Source: Octopus sinensis (lineage: Eukaryota). Taken from it: a stretch of 64,000 bases of DNA. Positions 10,792 through 24,289 of this stretch are shown piece after piece. Positions within the stretch are counted from its first letter, which is position 1, and every line of letters begins with the position of its first letter. Under the pieces are notes generated by a model that saw only the letters and a list, made by a program, of their open reading frames with translations, had not been told where the DNA came from and made no database searches. The translations under genes and the position numbers were made by a program. The stretch lies in assembly GCF_006345805.1 (NCBI RefSeq), contig NC_043004.1, positions 81,778,001 to 81,842,000 on the forward strand, read 5' to 3'.

Positions 10792-11659
10792 CTTCTCACC
10801 TTTCTCTCTCTATCTCTCATTCTCTCTCTCCGTATGCTTTTCTCATCTTCAATCTCTCTCAGTTCTATTTTTATAGTAAGAGACACAGAAGAAAACGTTT
10901 ATGATGGACTAAAGAAGGAAGAAAACAAAGAGTTTGACGTCACAGTGTTGTCTCAGATTATTTTCTTAATCCAAACGTTCACATTTTACAACTGCCTGCT
11001 TTTTCTAATATTTGAAAATAATATTTCTTTTTCATATATGTTTTTTTTTATCTCCTATCCTGCTAGACAGTAAGGTCGAACTTGAGGGATATTTATCTAC
11101 TATTTTACAACTAAACCTTGCCAAAATCTTCCCTACGAAATGGTGGATACTATATATGATTTTGCGGCTTTTTGTCTTGTAGTTTCAGAATACATAGGAC
11201 GTAAAAACAGGAATTTAACACACATACAAACACACACGCATGCACACACACACACACGCACACACAGACACACACATACACACACACAAACAAATGACTT
11301 AAGAAAAAAATCTGAAAATTTTCTAGTGTAGCTCTGGACCGAGCAATGCCCTGTCGATAAGTTTGGCAGAAAGAAACCGTAGGAAAGACAGTGGTTCATG
11401 TGTGGGGGGAGGGTGTGTGTGCGTGTGCTTGTGTCTTTGTATCCGTATTTGTCCACTTGACAACCGGTCTTTGCTTGTTTACTTTACTGTAACTTAGCAA
11501 TATGAGTGAGTACTTGAATGCTGTGCTGCAGCATGGTCGCAGTCCAGTGGGTGAAACAAATAAAAGATAAATGGAAAAGATAAAGATGATACTAATGAAA
11601 GACAAAATAGAAAATAAAAATTGAAAAAGGAAAGGATGTTTATAGAAACTATTGGTATT

Positions 11660-12150
11660 ACGTCACCTGTGTCTAAAGGACGACATCAACAGCTCAACCG
11701 TGAAATCAAACCATGACGAGACAGAAAAAAAGTAGGAAACCATCAACAAGATTTCTAGAGAGATTGCAAAAAATCAATAATAGTGTAGAAGATCTTTACA
11801 AAGCAGTGAACCTAATAAGAAAATTTGCACCAAGAAATAATGTTATCAAAGACAAAAGCGATAGTAATATGCTTTCTGAAGGGAAAGATATAAAGAATAA
11901 GATGGAAAGATGGAAAGATGGAGAGAATATTGTTATAGCTTAGACAAGGGAGACAACAGATGTTAATCAAATAGATGGTAATCAAAATGATCAAAGAGAA
12001 AACGGTGATAGAGAAAGAAATCTTCCGACATTAATGTCTGACGTAAACAGAAGTTAAGAAAAAGTTATGAAAAGTCTGCCAAAAAAACAATGTGTAAGAC
12101 TTGGAAGACATTATGTTGTATTAGAAGTTTTGGAAAAAATGATGCAGAAG
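11660..12150 (+). pseudogene. Degenerate RTE-like LINE ORF fragment (APE-RT linker region)
   Basis: QQLNREIK...NNSVEDLYKAVNLIRKFAPRNNVIKDKSDSNMLSEGKDIKNKMERW resembles the RTE linker (VIKDK.G..L....I..RW); stops and frameshifts. Confidence 0.6.
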
Positions 12151-12433
12151 CCTGGGGGAAATTGTTCTACCGCCTGCCTTGTATCAGTTATCTGTTATCT
12201 TTTATTTGTCTTAGTCCGTTGATTGAGGCCATACTGCAGTACCACCTTGAACAGGCTTTTTTTTTTTAAATCGTACATGTCGCTCATTGTACTTATGGTT
12301 TTTCAATCTGGTATTTATTCTATCGTTTTCTCTCTTGGTGAACGCTAATGTCACGGGGACGAAAACACACCAGCTCCGGTTGCCAAGCGGTGTAGGGGTG
12401 CCAAACACAGACACAAAGACACACACATAGACG

Positions 12434-12500
<67 letters not shown>

Positions 12501-12526
12501 CGATTATATGTAGAGGAGGCACGTGG

Positions 12527-12625
12527 CTTAGTGGTTAGAGTGTTGGACTCACGACCATAAAATTGTGGTTCGATCCCTGGACCGGGCGAAATGCTGTACT
12601 CTTGAGTTTCTCCACGTTTCTCTAC
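12527..12625 (+). mobile_element. tRNA-derived SINE family C head (truncated)
   Basis: ggaggcacgtggcttagtggttagag (A box) ... ggttcgatccc (B box); same head as 51344, 59816 (-) and 47497 (-). Confidence 0.75.
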
Positions 12626-12734
12626 TCAGCTTTAGAGGGACGGGCTCCACCAGGCTTTCTCGACCTACGTATGCTGCATGGCTGCAGCGCCCCCGACATC
12701 TGAGGGGTTAAGGGACTTGTCATTGTCACTTGTC

Positions 12735-13170
12735 ATAAAAGCATACATATATAAATGCTAAACTGTTGAGAAATCTACAGCTACAGATTGGATTACAAGT
12801 TCAGGTTTATACCTGTAATTATTGGGGCACTGAGATATGCAATACGCTGCCTGAGTACCAATCTTGAGAAATTAGGCTTATCAAAGCCAGAGAGGAGAAA
12901 GCTGATTCGAAGACTACAAATCCAATCCATCACTGGAACTGTAAAAATCTGTAAAACTTTCCAAAAGCTCGTTATTTAAATATATATGAGCATGTCTATA
13001 TATGCAACTATATGCACGAGAATACATACATAAAGCAAAACATACAAATCTGTACAGATACATACATACATATTGTTGATGCTGTTGAAATTCCAATACA
13101 GGAACCTTGGATCTAGGTTAGGAACTAGCTCCTAAACTATTGGAAAAAATCATGAAATGAAACTGAACAA
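12735..13170 (+). mobile_element. 3' end of an RLE-type non-LTR retrotransposon (R4/Dong/HERO-like)
   Basis: DYKFRFIPVIIGALRYAIRCLSTNLEKLGLSKPERRKLIRRLQIQSITGTVKICKTF matches the C-terminal restriction-like endonuclease signature (P++IGALG...L..LG...+Q...+.G...I); 3' UTR runs into (TA)n. Confidence 0.68.
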
Positions 13171-13171
13171 T

Positions 13172-13207
<36 letters not shown>

Positions 13208-13319
13208 AACACAATTCGGTATTATGACTAGGGTACAATAGCTTTGGTTTTGCGCTGAGAATTGTTCTAGGGAATGTCTGTCAAAACATAAGAAAGTTTG
13301 TTTTAAAAGTAATTTGATT

Positions 13320-13338
13320 GCTATTATTATTATCATTA

Positions 13339-13378
<40 letters not shown>

Positions 13379-13615
13379 CATTATTATTATTATTTATTAT
13401 TATTTATTATTATTATTATTACTATTATTATTATTATTATTACTATTATCATTATCTATCATTATTATTATTATTATCATCATCATCATCAATCATCATC
13501 ATCATCATTATCAATCATCATCATCATCATCATCATCATCCTCATCCTCATCATCATCACCATCATCATTATTATTATTATTGTTGTTGTTATTATTATT
13601 ATAATCTTTATTATT
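13320..13615. repeat. (ATT)n/(ATC)n compound trinucleotide microsatellite
   Basis: Direct repeats; poly-I/L/Y/S/H ORFs are artefacts. Confidence 0.95.
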
Positions 13616-14389
13616 GTGAGCATGCAGGATGGTAAAGAAGCCGGACAAAATGCTTAGTGATAGATAGGATAGGTACCAGACTTAAAAAGTAAAAATAGAA
13701 AACTAAGTACTAGTATCGATTTGTTCGATTAAGGCCCTCAAGGCGGTGGCCCATGAATTGTCTTAGTTCAATAACTGGAACCAGTCAAAGTTAAAACTCT
13801 ATGGTTTCCGTTTGCTTTGCTATATCTGAGGAATACAAAAATCTTCATTGCGACAAATTCGGGACAGAAATAATCAGTTTAATCTTAGTCGATAATAAAT
13901 ACTAACAATAGTTATGTCAATGATTCTGACAAAATATACAATCCACTTTGCGTCGGGGGCAAAAATACAATACCATTACGCATTAAATAACACTGAGTAA
14001 GAACTGTTAGATCACATCCTGGTGCAGACATCGGAATCAATTTTCATTGAATATTTTTGGTAGAAATCACAAACATGACATACCAATTAATATGGCGTAG
14101 TAGTTGGCAGCAGACGACTGTAAGAGAGTTGGAAATAAACAACCGGACATAATCGACAAACCAATACACAGTGAACAATAGAAAGAAAACCGGTCAGTTG
14201 ATTGGTTAATCGGAATAATTGACAAAGGACGGAATTTGACGGTTTCAATATCTGAATTAATCACCTAGTACATGTATGTGTGTATGTATGTATGTAATAT
14301 GTATGTATGTATGTATGTAAGTATGTATGTATGTATGTATACGCGCACACACATATAGATATATAGATATATATACATGTATTTGTAAA

Positions 14390-14431
<42 letters not shown>

Positions 14432-14499
14432 CGCACACATATATGTATATGCATGTATGTATATATAAATATATATATATATGTATGTATGTATGTAGG

Positions 14500-14801
<302 letters not shown>

Positions 14802-14879
14802 TATATATATAATATATATATATATACATATATATATACATACACACACACACACATATATATATACGGTATAAAGGAG

Positions 14880-16250
14880 ATAATCAAACAGGCTGGGTAT
14901 GACTAAATAAACATTAGTTTAGAAGGAATAGAATGTGGTTAGGTTTTACTTTATATTTTTTTCAATGAGGTGAGTTTCCTTGTTTAAAAATGTTAGAAAT
15001 GGTTAAGTTTTGGCTAATATTTTCCAATGAAGAAGGTTTCCTTGTTTAATCTAACTTGTGTTGGTGTTCCAATGGCACGTTGATAGAATGGAAAGATTAT
15101 AAATTGTGGTAGTACGTGCTTTGCGCATTTCTCAATATGTTCACTAAAGGGTATCATTCTGTACACTGGGAATGCAATCTGTTGTCGATGCAGAGTGCAT
15201 CTGCATCTGAGTGATAATCCCGTGGACCCTATGTAGATTTGGTGGCAGTCCGAGCATCTTATGACATAAATTAGATTTTCTGAAGCACAAGTAAAATTAA
15301 ATTTGATCTTAAATTTTTGTCCTTCTTTGAAGAGGAATTCTAATCCTTCTAGGTTTGGGCATGTTGCGCAGTTTGGTCTACCACATTTTTTTAACTTTTG
15401 CATCCGTTATTTCAGAAAATAATTTTGCTTTTGTGAGCATCTTTTTTAATGATTTAGGTTGTTTGTAGCTTTTAATGATTTTATGTATATTTAAAATTTC
15501 CTTTAATTTGGGGTCGCTATGAAGCATTGGTAAATTCTGGGTGATGATGGTGAAGGCTTCTTTGTTTCTGGGGTTGTCTGTGGATATGTAAGGCAGTATT
15601 TTCGGAGAATGTGTGTTGTTGTGTTGAACTTTTCTTAAAGTTTCTATGTCAATTTCTGTTGCACGTCTGATTCCATCCTCTGTGAGTTGAACTGGGTAGT
15701 GTCTGTCAATTAGGGTGTTTTTGAGTTCTTGTAGTCTAAAGTTTCTGGTATTTTGTTCTGATACTATTGTGCATATCCTTCTTGCAAGGTTGAAAGGGAT
15801 GTTTGTTTTATGTGTCTTGGGTGGCGTGAATCAAAAAGTAGATATTGTTTGGCGTCTGTGGTTTTGTAAAATATGTCCGTTTCTATTTTTAGGTTTATTT
15901 TCTTGATTAGTATATCTAAGAATGGAAGCTCCTTTTGGTTGTACTCCATTGTGAACTGTATGTTTGGGTTGTCGCTAGTCAATAGGCTTTTGAATTTTAA
16001 GGGTTTATCTGTGTTTTCATTCCAGTGTATAAAACAGTCGTCTAGGAATCTTTTCAAATTCTCTTTGATGTATTGGGAAAGGGGGTTTCCAAAGGTAGAT
16101 AAATATTCCTGGTATATTATTACCTCCAGGTAGCCCATTGTTAGGTTCGCAATGACGGGTGCTGCCCTAGTACCCATAGCAATTCCGCATTTTTGACGGT
16201 AAAACGTATTGTCAAACATGAAGTGGTTATTTTGAAAGATTAATTCACCC
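14880..16250 (-). mobile_element. Truncated Penelope-like element (Neptune-type): RT C-terminal half + Zn linker + GIY-YIG endonuclease
   Basis: ORF 15764-16219 (GIAMGTRAAPVIANLTM, RFLDDCF, LPFLDI, YKTTD..YL.FDSRHP) and ORF 15014-15403 (CGRPNCATC; NLIYVIRCSDCHQIYIGSTG); frameshifted; both ends in or near (TA)n. Confidence 0.9.
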
Positions 16251-16271
16251 GATTTAGTAATATATATATAT

Positions 16272-16414
16272 ATCTGTGTCGAAACGTTAAATCTTCTTTC
16301 CTTCCTTTCCTGAGCGTCTGATAATACAGTACTTGTACCACGTCCTCGAGTTATTGTATTATTATCAGACGCTCAGGAAAGGAAGGAAAGAAAATTTAAC
16401 GTTTCGACACAGAT
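16272..16414. repeat. Hairpin of PLE family B pLTR fragments at the 5' truncation of the minus-strand PLE
   Basis: atctgtgtcgaaacgttaaatcttctttcc...gagcgtctgataataca (16272-16328) is inverted at about 16360-16414; homologous to 46641-46725; (TA)n on both sides. Confidence 0.88.
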
Positions 16415-16944
16415 ATATATATATATATATATATATTGTTTTGTAATGAATTATTCGCTCATAAAGCTTGTATATTTTGTTTATAATGAGGTTAAACCTC
16501 TTCAACTATATTTACAAGTTGTTTTACTGCTTCTTTTTAAATATTTGCGAAATCATTTATATTATTTTATTGCAAATTGCGGAAATTCAAGTAGCATCTG
16601 TTTTACTAAATGTTAATTTTTTTTAATCGTTTCAAAATTCCTATCTCGTTAATTTATCTTACATTTTAGTCTACAGGTTTCTATCGAAAGAATGCAGCCA
16701 TGCTGGAGCAAAAACACACATCTATACACACACATATATATAGGGAGAGAGAAAGAGATAGATAAAAAGGTATACATAGTTATATGCACCCAAATCTTTA
16801 CCCGACGCGAGCAATGTTAAAATGTCACTGAAGCAAGGTACCATATTATGTAACAAATTCGGAACAGGGCAATTTAGAAACGAACTTCCTAAGAACACAC
16901 CAAAATCTGCGCACATGTATATAGATGTGTGTTTGTGTGTATCA

Positions 16945-17330
16945 CTGTAGTTGTGCGGTAACATGTTTGCTTCCCAACTAAATGGTTCTAGGTTCAGTCC
17001 CAATGCGTAGCGCCTTGGGCAAGTATCTTCTACAAAAGCCATGTGTCGAGCAAAGCTCTGTGAATGGATTTGGTAGACGGAAACTGAAAGAAGCCCGTCG
17101 TATGCGTATATGTCTTTTTATCTGTGTTTGTACTCCACCAACGCTTGACGACCGGTGTTGGTGTGCTTTCGTCCCCGCAACTCAGCGCTTCGGCAAACAA
17201 AACCGATAAAATAAGTGCCAGGCTTAAAATAATATATTAGTACTGGGATCGATTCATTCGACTGAATATTCTTGAAGACGCTGCCCCAGTATGGCCACAG
17301 TCCAATTACTGAAACAAGTAAATGATAAAA
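16945..17330 (+). mobile_element. SINE family B
   Basis: Degenerate head, ccttgggcaagtatcttctac, gacggaaactgaaagaagcccgtcg, tail ccccagtatggccacagtcc. Confidence 0.8.
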
Positions 17331-17461
17331 GATAACACACACACACACACACACACACCACACATTGTAGAACGACATGAGCTGTAATATCATATCCCAA
17401 AGAAAATTGCCAGAAATACTGTATATTTAAAAATACTGCTAGCTCAGATTATCGTTTGCGC

Positions 17462-17516
17462 ATCACCATACACCGGCGTTTCGTCCTGGTTTTATGCGCA
17501 TCTCCTCAGTGATAAT
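17462..17516 (-). ncRNA. Candidate type I hammerhead ribozyme with 1-bp stem II and possible pseudoknot
   Basis: Minus strand: auuauca CUGAGGA g-augcgcauaaaaccagga-c GAAAC gccggu GUA uggugau; stem I 7 bp (2 GU); loop II ugcgca can pair with ugcgca just 3' of stem I. Confidence 0.5.
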
Positions 17517-18481
17517 CACACCTGCGTATTCAGATCTAAGTCGAAATATTTGTTCCACTATAGAAAATAGTAATCAAAACGTAGTAGTGGTGGCGCTAAT
17601 GCATGCAATGTTAATAATAGAAACAGCGATTTATTATTATAATTGTTGCTTTCAACCCAGACTTATTTGAATGGAGCAGACGACTGATGGAAAAACAACC
17701 CAAAACGTGACTTCCTTGACTTTTCGTCTACCAGGAACTACAATGCCCCAGTATCATTCTCTTTTTTCTTTAAAACGTTGGTGGGATCTAGGGTGAGATG
17801 AAGCTGCTACTTCTAGCAAACTGAACGATCACCTAGATATTCCCCTCACAGGCTTTCAGTTATGTGGGAATTTATGCGTGGGCGACATATATCCGTTGTT
17901 TATTGACGATTGAGGAATGAGAGACAATTGTAATATAATACTGAATTGAAAGCGGTGTTTACGAAAGTACCGGGTAACTGCTATAAATGATGGAATTATG
18001 TCTGTTTCAGGGCGAATGTTTTTCCGTTTCTTTTTTGTATATTTTTGCTTTTGTTATTATTTTTTGCTGGTTTTGTTTTTTCGACTTTGCTGGAAGATTA
18101 TGATAGAAAACTAATTCTTAAACTAGATTCTAGCAAACATAGTAAATTTTAATTCACCGCTACCGGAAGCAATGTTTTAAAATCATCTCTTACTAGTTTT
18201 TTTTTCTTTTTTTGTATCATGTTTACATTATGAATCATAAGAAAATATATTTCTCGAAGATAATAACAAGAACACAATTTTAAACACATAAAGACAAATT
18301 TTGATAACGCTATTTCCGACGCCATAAAAAGTTCTCCAGCAATATGAATTTTATTCATTACGGCTGAGAGAAGCGATATTAGTTTAAAATAGCAACCTGT
18401 TTACCAAACTTAAAACAGATGCAAGGTTGAAAGCCGAACAAACTCCGGTATTTTCTCGAGAAAGTATTTCTTATAGACGTA

Positions 18482-18670
18482 TAGTGTTAAAAAAACACAG
18501 AAATGTATTACTTGTAGACGAAAAAATCGTCTATCAGCAGTGGTTGGTTGCCAGGGAATATTTGCTACTGACAAAGCCTAAAAAGACAGAAATACACGTG
18601 TAGCAATGCTACTGCGGCCGCTGGATGATGTTCGTCTGATGCTGATATATTTCTGTGCTTTTTAACACTA
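18482..18670. mobile_element. MITE-like element with ~27-bp TIRs and TA flanks
   Basis: ta|tagtgttaaaaaaacacagaaatgtat ... atatttctgtgctttttaacacta|ta. Confidence 0.65.
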
Positions 18671-18774
18671 TATAGGATGGCTTATCGGGGCGAATACCGC
18701 AGTTTATACTGTTTTTAAAACATTGAATCTGTTTTTGAGTATGATACACATCTCAGTATAATTTTTATCCTTGA

Positions 18775-18809
<35 letters not shown>

Positions 18810-19003
18810 TGCCTCCGCGGTCCTTTTGCTTTTCGTCCTTTCGCAGTCGATAAAATAAGTACCATTTGAATGCTGGAGTCGATGTAATCGACTTACCGTT
18901 TCTGCTCTGAAATTCCATTTCTTTTGCCTCTTGTAGAAATCATAATTATTATTATTATCGTTCTTGTTGTTGTTGATGTTGTTATTCTTGTTCATGCTGT
19001 TAT

Positions 19004-19222
19004 TAAGGCGGTGAGTTGGCAGAATTGTTAGCACGCCATAAATAAATGCTTGGCAGCATTTCGTCCGTCGCTACGAACTGAATCTAAATTCCGCCGAGGT
19101 CGACTTTACCTTTCATCCTTTCCTGGTCAATAAAATAAATACCAGTTTAATACTGGGGTCGATATAATAGACTCATCCCCTTCCCCAAAATTTCTGCTCT
19201 TGTGTGGCAAAATTTGAAACCA
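19004..19222 (+). mobile_element. SINE family A ending in (ATT)n tail
   Basis: aaggcggtgagttggcagaattg...cctttcatcctttcctggtc...gcaaaatttgaaaccattattatt. Confidence 0.83.
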
Positions 19223-19235
19223 TTATTATTATTAA

Positions 19236-19278
<43 letters not shown>

Positions 19279-19826
19279 GAGTGAGAGAGCAGTGCATGCC
19301 ATCAAAGTGACACTGGGGTAAAATATACGAACCCCAGTATACCAATCATGACTACCCGTCTGATAAGGGTACGCCAGGCACATGCATCACAACCATATGT
19401 GCGTGACATGGTGATCTTATATCAAGATAAACAGCGCATGACCTAGCAGGCGGGGCCCAGTTAGAATTTTTCTTCTGGTTGAGTACCCATCCCGCTCAAA
19501 AGGTCCCTGAATATGAGTTAAGACTATAGAACAAAGAACCAATGTTTCCAAAAATGAATTATCCAAACCCCAAAGAACTCCTCTCAACACATGGCTATGA
19601 TTCTCCCCCGCTACTTCTGCTCCTGATCAGAGATGCACATGTCGTCAGCTACTAATGGACATGCTCAACTGGTTAAGGTCAAACAACTGGCAAGCAAATC
19701 TGTTGGTATTGAGCAAAATATTTGCTGTGGTCCATTTTTTATATCAACACAAAACAATATGCATGGTAACATTTCCAATCAGTTGAGATTAGAAACCATG
19801 AGAGCCACTGCCTGGTACTGCTTCAG
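19279..19826 (-). mobile_element. ~550-bp non-coding element embedded in (AAT)n (copy 1 of 3)
   Basis: Collinear with 36762-37315 (opposite strand) and 56904-57458; (ATT)n on both sides; no ORF, TIR or tRNA head seen. Confidence 0.85.
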
Positions 19827-19840
19827 TATAATTATTACTA

Positions 19841-19904
<64 letters not shown>

Positions 19905-20229
19905 ACACTATTTTAGTAGACAGCGTTAGACAAAATTTCTCGAACAATTTAAATCCGTTTTGTTTATTTCCATTTCTGAATTCAATTCTTGCTGCGGTCT
20001 ACATGGCTTCCTACACTTCCGGGGCCGTAGTCAATGAAATAAAGTATTACAGGAATGTATATATAATAAGCTATATACACTTGCACATTGAAGGAGCTGT
20101 ACCTGTGTAAGAAATCAATGCTGAACGGAAATATAACTTGGCCCATCCTGTTAGTATTGGTATATTTAGACGATGTGGATGATATCGATCTTAAAAGTAA
20201 TCAATGTGGAATATACACAGCAGAAAATA

Positions 20230-20326
20230 TTAAAATCCTACACATATATACTGGTGCACACATGAAGATATATATATATATAATATATATATATATATAA
20301 TATACACATATATATACACACGTACA

Positions 20327-20366
<40 letters not shown>

Positions 20367-20487
20367 CGTTTATATATATATTTACACATATATACATGCA
20401 AATATATATTTGCATATATATATATATACACATATACACACATACATATATATATTATATATATACGCACACACATACATATATATA

Positions 20488-20519
<32 letters not shown>

Positions 20520-20573
20520 TTGCGCATATATATATATATATTACATGCAAATATATATTTGCATATATATATT

Positions 20574-20611
<38 letters not shown>

Positions 20612-20624
20612 TATACATATATAT

Positions 20625-20661
<37 letters not shown>

Positions 20662-20694
20662 TGCGTATATATATATATATATATTTACACACAC

Positions 20695-20745
<51 letters not shown>

Positions 20746-21340
20746 ACGCATATATATTTACAAATATATATATTTGTGTGTATATACATAATATATAAAT
20801 GTATTTTACATAATATATATGCATAAAAGCTCACATGCACACATTGCGACATTCTAGCACATGTATGCACGCACACACAGATACAAAGAGAGAGATATAT
20901 ACACACACGTACAGACACGCGCAGACACACACACACACACACACACACATAACCATAATACCCCTAAGAATACACAAACATCAGTGCATACATATTGACA
21001 CATATTTACACACAAAATCTCTCGTACTTGCCAAAAGACAGTCATACATTTACAAACACACACATATATATATACTGACGCATACATACGCACAAAAGGC
21101 AGACAATAACGGAAATACATATACACCAGCATATGATACTCATATACACACGCATACCTATATGCACACATACGTATATGCACACACACACACACACACA
21201 AGCACACTTATATAGACACACATAAATATACACACATTCATACGCACGCTCGCGCATACCCACATACATACACATGAATACGCACATGCACATACAGATA
21301 TACATCACACTCACACACACACACACACACACACACACAA
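20230..21340. repeat. (TA)n/(CA)n degenerate microsatellite field
   Basis: Direct repeats; IYIY/HT ORFs are artefacts. Confidence 0.95.
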
Positions 21341-22355
21341 TTGATTCCAGGTGGCTGATGAATGAATGCAGATTTCTGGCATTAAAAATATTTATACAAA
21401 ACCAATTGTCGTATCGATTATTCGATCTCTCTTTATTTATTTATTTTGTTTATTTCGTTTGACCAACAAGATTTTGCCTGCCCAGGTACAATTAATTTAT
21501 TTTCCTTAATTACAAACAAGCTAATTTATCGATCTCTAACTTAGGTACAAGGCCATACATTTTGGAAAAAAATACAATCGATCATATGGTATTGTAATTT
21601 TTCAACATATATATCCCAATTTTGTGAGTAATAATGGTGAGGCTACAGGTTTCAACCTCGACAACCGCTAGAATACTGAATTACTAAAAGGGAGAATTTC
21701 ACGCCACTGCGATCATCAGACGAAGCAGAATTATTTTACACTGCCATTGATGTCTTACTAGTAGGTTTAGATAGATGGCAGCTGTGTCAAAATACAGCTA
21801 ATGTTTAATTGTTCTCATAATTACCATCATAATTTGGATTGGTGCACAATGCGTTTACTCTCAAAATATTTATCAACTTATAAAGTCTAAGTTCTTTTAC
21901 TGCCCTCTGTAGACAGTGCAACGGATTGATTCTTTTGTGCATGGCTATATTTTTCATCAGCTTCTCTCTAAATATTTTCCTTCTAAGCAGTTGTCTACTG
22001 CTGCTGTCTTTTGCTTTAGTAATTCTGTGGTTCATTAGCTTTCATTGGCCCGTTTCGCTATTATATACTGGATGACATTTGTTTTAAATTCTTGTCTTTT
22101 TTTCATTATTGCTACAGCCGTTTTTAGCCACTTAACAAACTGACCCAATCTGCTTGCCGATAAAGTAATCATATTCTGTCTTGTTAAATTTTTGGCATTA
22201 CTCAGCTATTTTGTTAAATTTCTATTAATTTCCATGTCTGCTCATGAATGGAGTTGTAATTTATACAGAAGGCACAGGCTGAGTACCGTACCCCTGAATA
22301 TGGCAGAGCTGGACCTATCTGGATTGCTGACTGAACACACAAACAAACACACATA

Positions 22356-22388
<33 letters not shown>

Positions 22389-22439
22389 AGCTTCCTGAGG
22401 CTAATTCAGATGCATCTCTATAGAACCAACAAGTATTGA

Positions 22440-22615
22440 GTTCAAATTTTAGCACAAGGCCAGCAATTTTGGAGAGAGGCTAAATCGATTACATCGACCC
22501 CAATTGTCAACTGGTACTTATTTTATCGAACCCGAAAGGATGAAAGGCAAAGTCGAACTCAGAGACAAAAGAAATACTGCTCAGCGATAACGATTCTGCC
22601 AGCTCACCGCCTTAA
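22440..22615 (-). mobile_element. SINE family A
   Basis: Reverse complement of aaggcggtgagctggcagaatcgtt...cctttcatcctttcgggttcgataaaataagtaccagttg. Confidence 0.8.
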
Positions 22616-23404
22616 GAACCGATAAGTATTATAAGCTTTTCAACCACCACAACATCAAGATCAGTTAATGCTGCTTAGACAGCATGACTTCTAACATCGT
22701 TTCTAAGATCGCACGCTATCATGGATGCAAACACGCACCTACACAAGAGCTGTTACCTACTCCAACCTTTAACTCCGAAATCCTACCAACTGTCCACTGA
22801 CAGGATCCTGACTCTCAAAGGCCGTAGTTTATAGATGTACTCAACACCATCCAACAGCACTACAAGACCTTACATGTGTATAACAACCAATGATTCAAGA
22901 GGTGGTATAAACAGCTTATGCAGCCTATCAGGTAGAGGGATCGCGAAAATTCTACCTCCTATATCGTCTTATCTAGACATTCTGTAACCAATGGAACGAC
23001 TTCCTCAATATCGAACGGAGTTTCATTGACAGGGCTTCTCTGTACTCACCTGAAACTCGCAATTGCCAACTCTACCTCCAAGAGAGACTACATGCCACAA
23101 ACCTTTAGTACCCGTCAATATTATGGCCACCAAAGATACACCTTATTAATGAGCTTCAAGCCACTAGCAGCTGTCAATCGAAATATACTACCATAGGCCT
23201 AGTTCCTCCATACTCAAGGCTATGCTACTTAACCCCCGTCCCCTGTGTAGACTGCAGCCCCATTCATGCCGACAGTCCAAGGTAGAATTACCAAATTTTG
23301 ACCCAATACCACAAAATCTCGCTACTCCTATTGAATAGTTTGCACTATTTATTGCTTTGGTCCTTCACTAACCCGCAATAACAACCTGTTCTACCATCAG
23401 CAAA

Positions 23405-23979
23405 TGTAACGAACTGATGTCGCTAAATAAACTACACTGAAGTTTCCAGACATAGCAGCTACAGCTATCTCACTACATCCTTTCCGTCAGAATTAGATAA
23501 ATAACTAATACCGCTCCCAATAATATCATGTGAACCGAGCTGGCCAATAGAGGCCTAACATCTAGAAACTTACTTGACTTTGTCTCATATCCTGTTGTGT
23601 GTGTAAGTATCTAGCTAGCTAGTTTGTCGGATCTCTTCGCAGAACACTCGACTTGAAATAACCATTTTTTGATAGGCCTAATATACCATCCTGTTTAACA
23701 TCACACCCTGTCCTTTGGTTCGCTGAATCAATTTTCACTTTGTTGCGAGTGATAGGACCTGGTCACTATGTCTGAGAAAAACCCAACATAGTACTACGGT
23801 GAGAGATGCTGTTTCATACATCAATAATGCATTGACTCATATTTTTTTCATCCTTCTTCATAACCTATAATCTGTGAAGTCATTCAAAAATGTCAGAGGC
23901 TCTACCCGCTCTTCTTTGACTCAAGCTAAACCATAAGCATAACTCTCGGGAGTAGTACAAGGGAGATCATTTCGTTACA
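23405..23979. mobile_element. Solo-LTR-like element with TG...CA ends and 9-bp terminal inverted repeat
   Basis: Begins tgtaacgaa (23405), ends ttcgttaca (23971-23979); no matching TSD seen. Confidence 0.4.
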
Positions 23980-24289
23980 AAATTAAATAGGTTTTGAAAT
24001 ATGAAATCGAAATTAAGAAAATAAAACAAAAAGACTGATAGAATCGACATCTTTAATTTGCATGTATTTACGTGTTCGCAAGCGCGCATGTGTTTAATAC
24101 GAAGTTCTTTAAATTTCTAATCAGCTGTAATCGTGTATGGCACCATTTCATTCTTTTTTTAATCATCAGCATGGCATAAACTGAGTTATTAATAAATCAA
24201 TTTATAAAACGAAATATTTCATTAAAGACGGGAATAACTACATTCTGAAGGAAATTTATATTCTTTTTTTTATTTTTTATTTATTCTTT

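Noticed and set aside
12527-12600. Possible tRNA gene (also 51344, 39150-39220)
   Set aside because: A/B boxes are present but there is no complete cloverleaf and they continue into SINE bodies.
21690-21730. Minus-strand CTGATGA tcgc agtg gcgt GAAAT hammerhead-like motif
   Set aside because: Stem I cannot form adjacent to a cleavage triplet; at best a decayed copy.
21805-22260. Minus-strand frames with a YqaJ-like SASRLG stretch
   Set aside because: Too short and interrupted to support homology.
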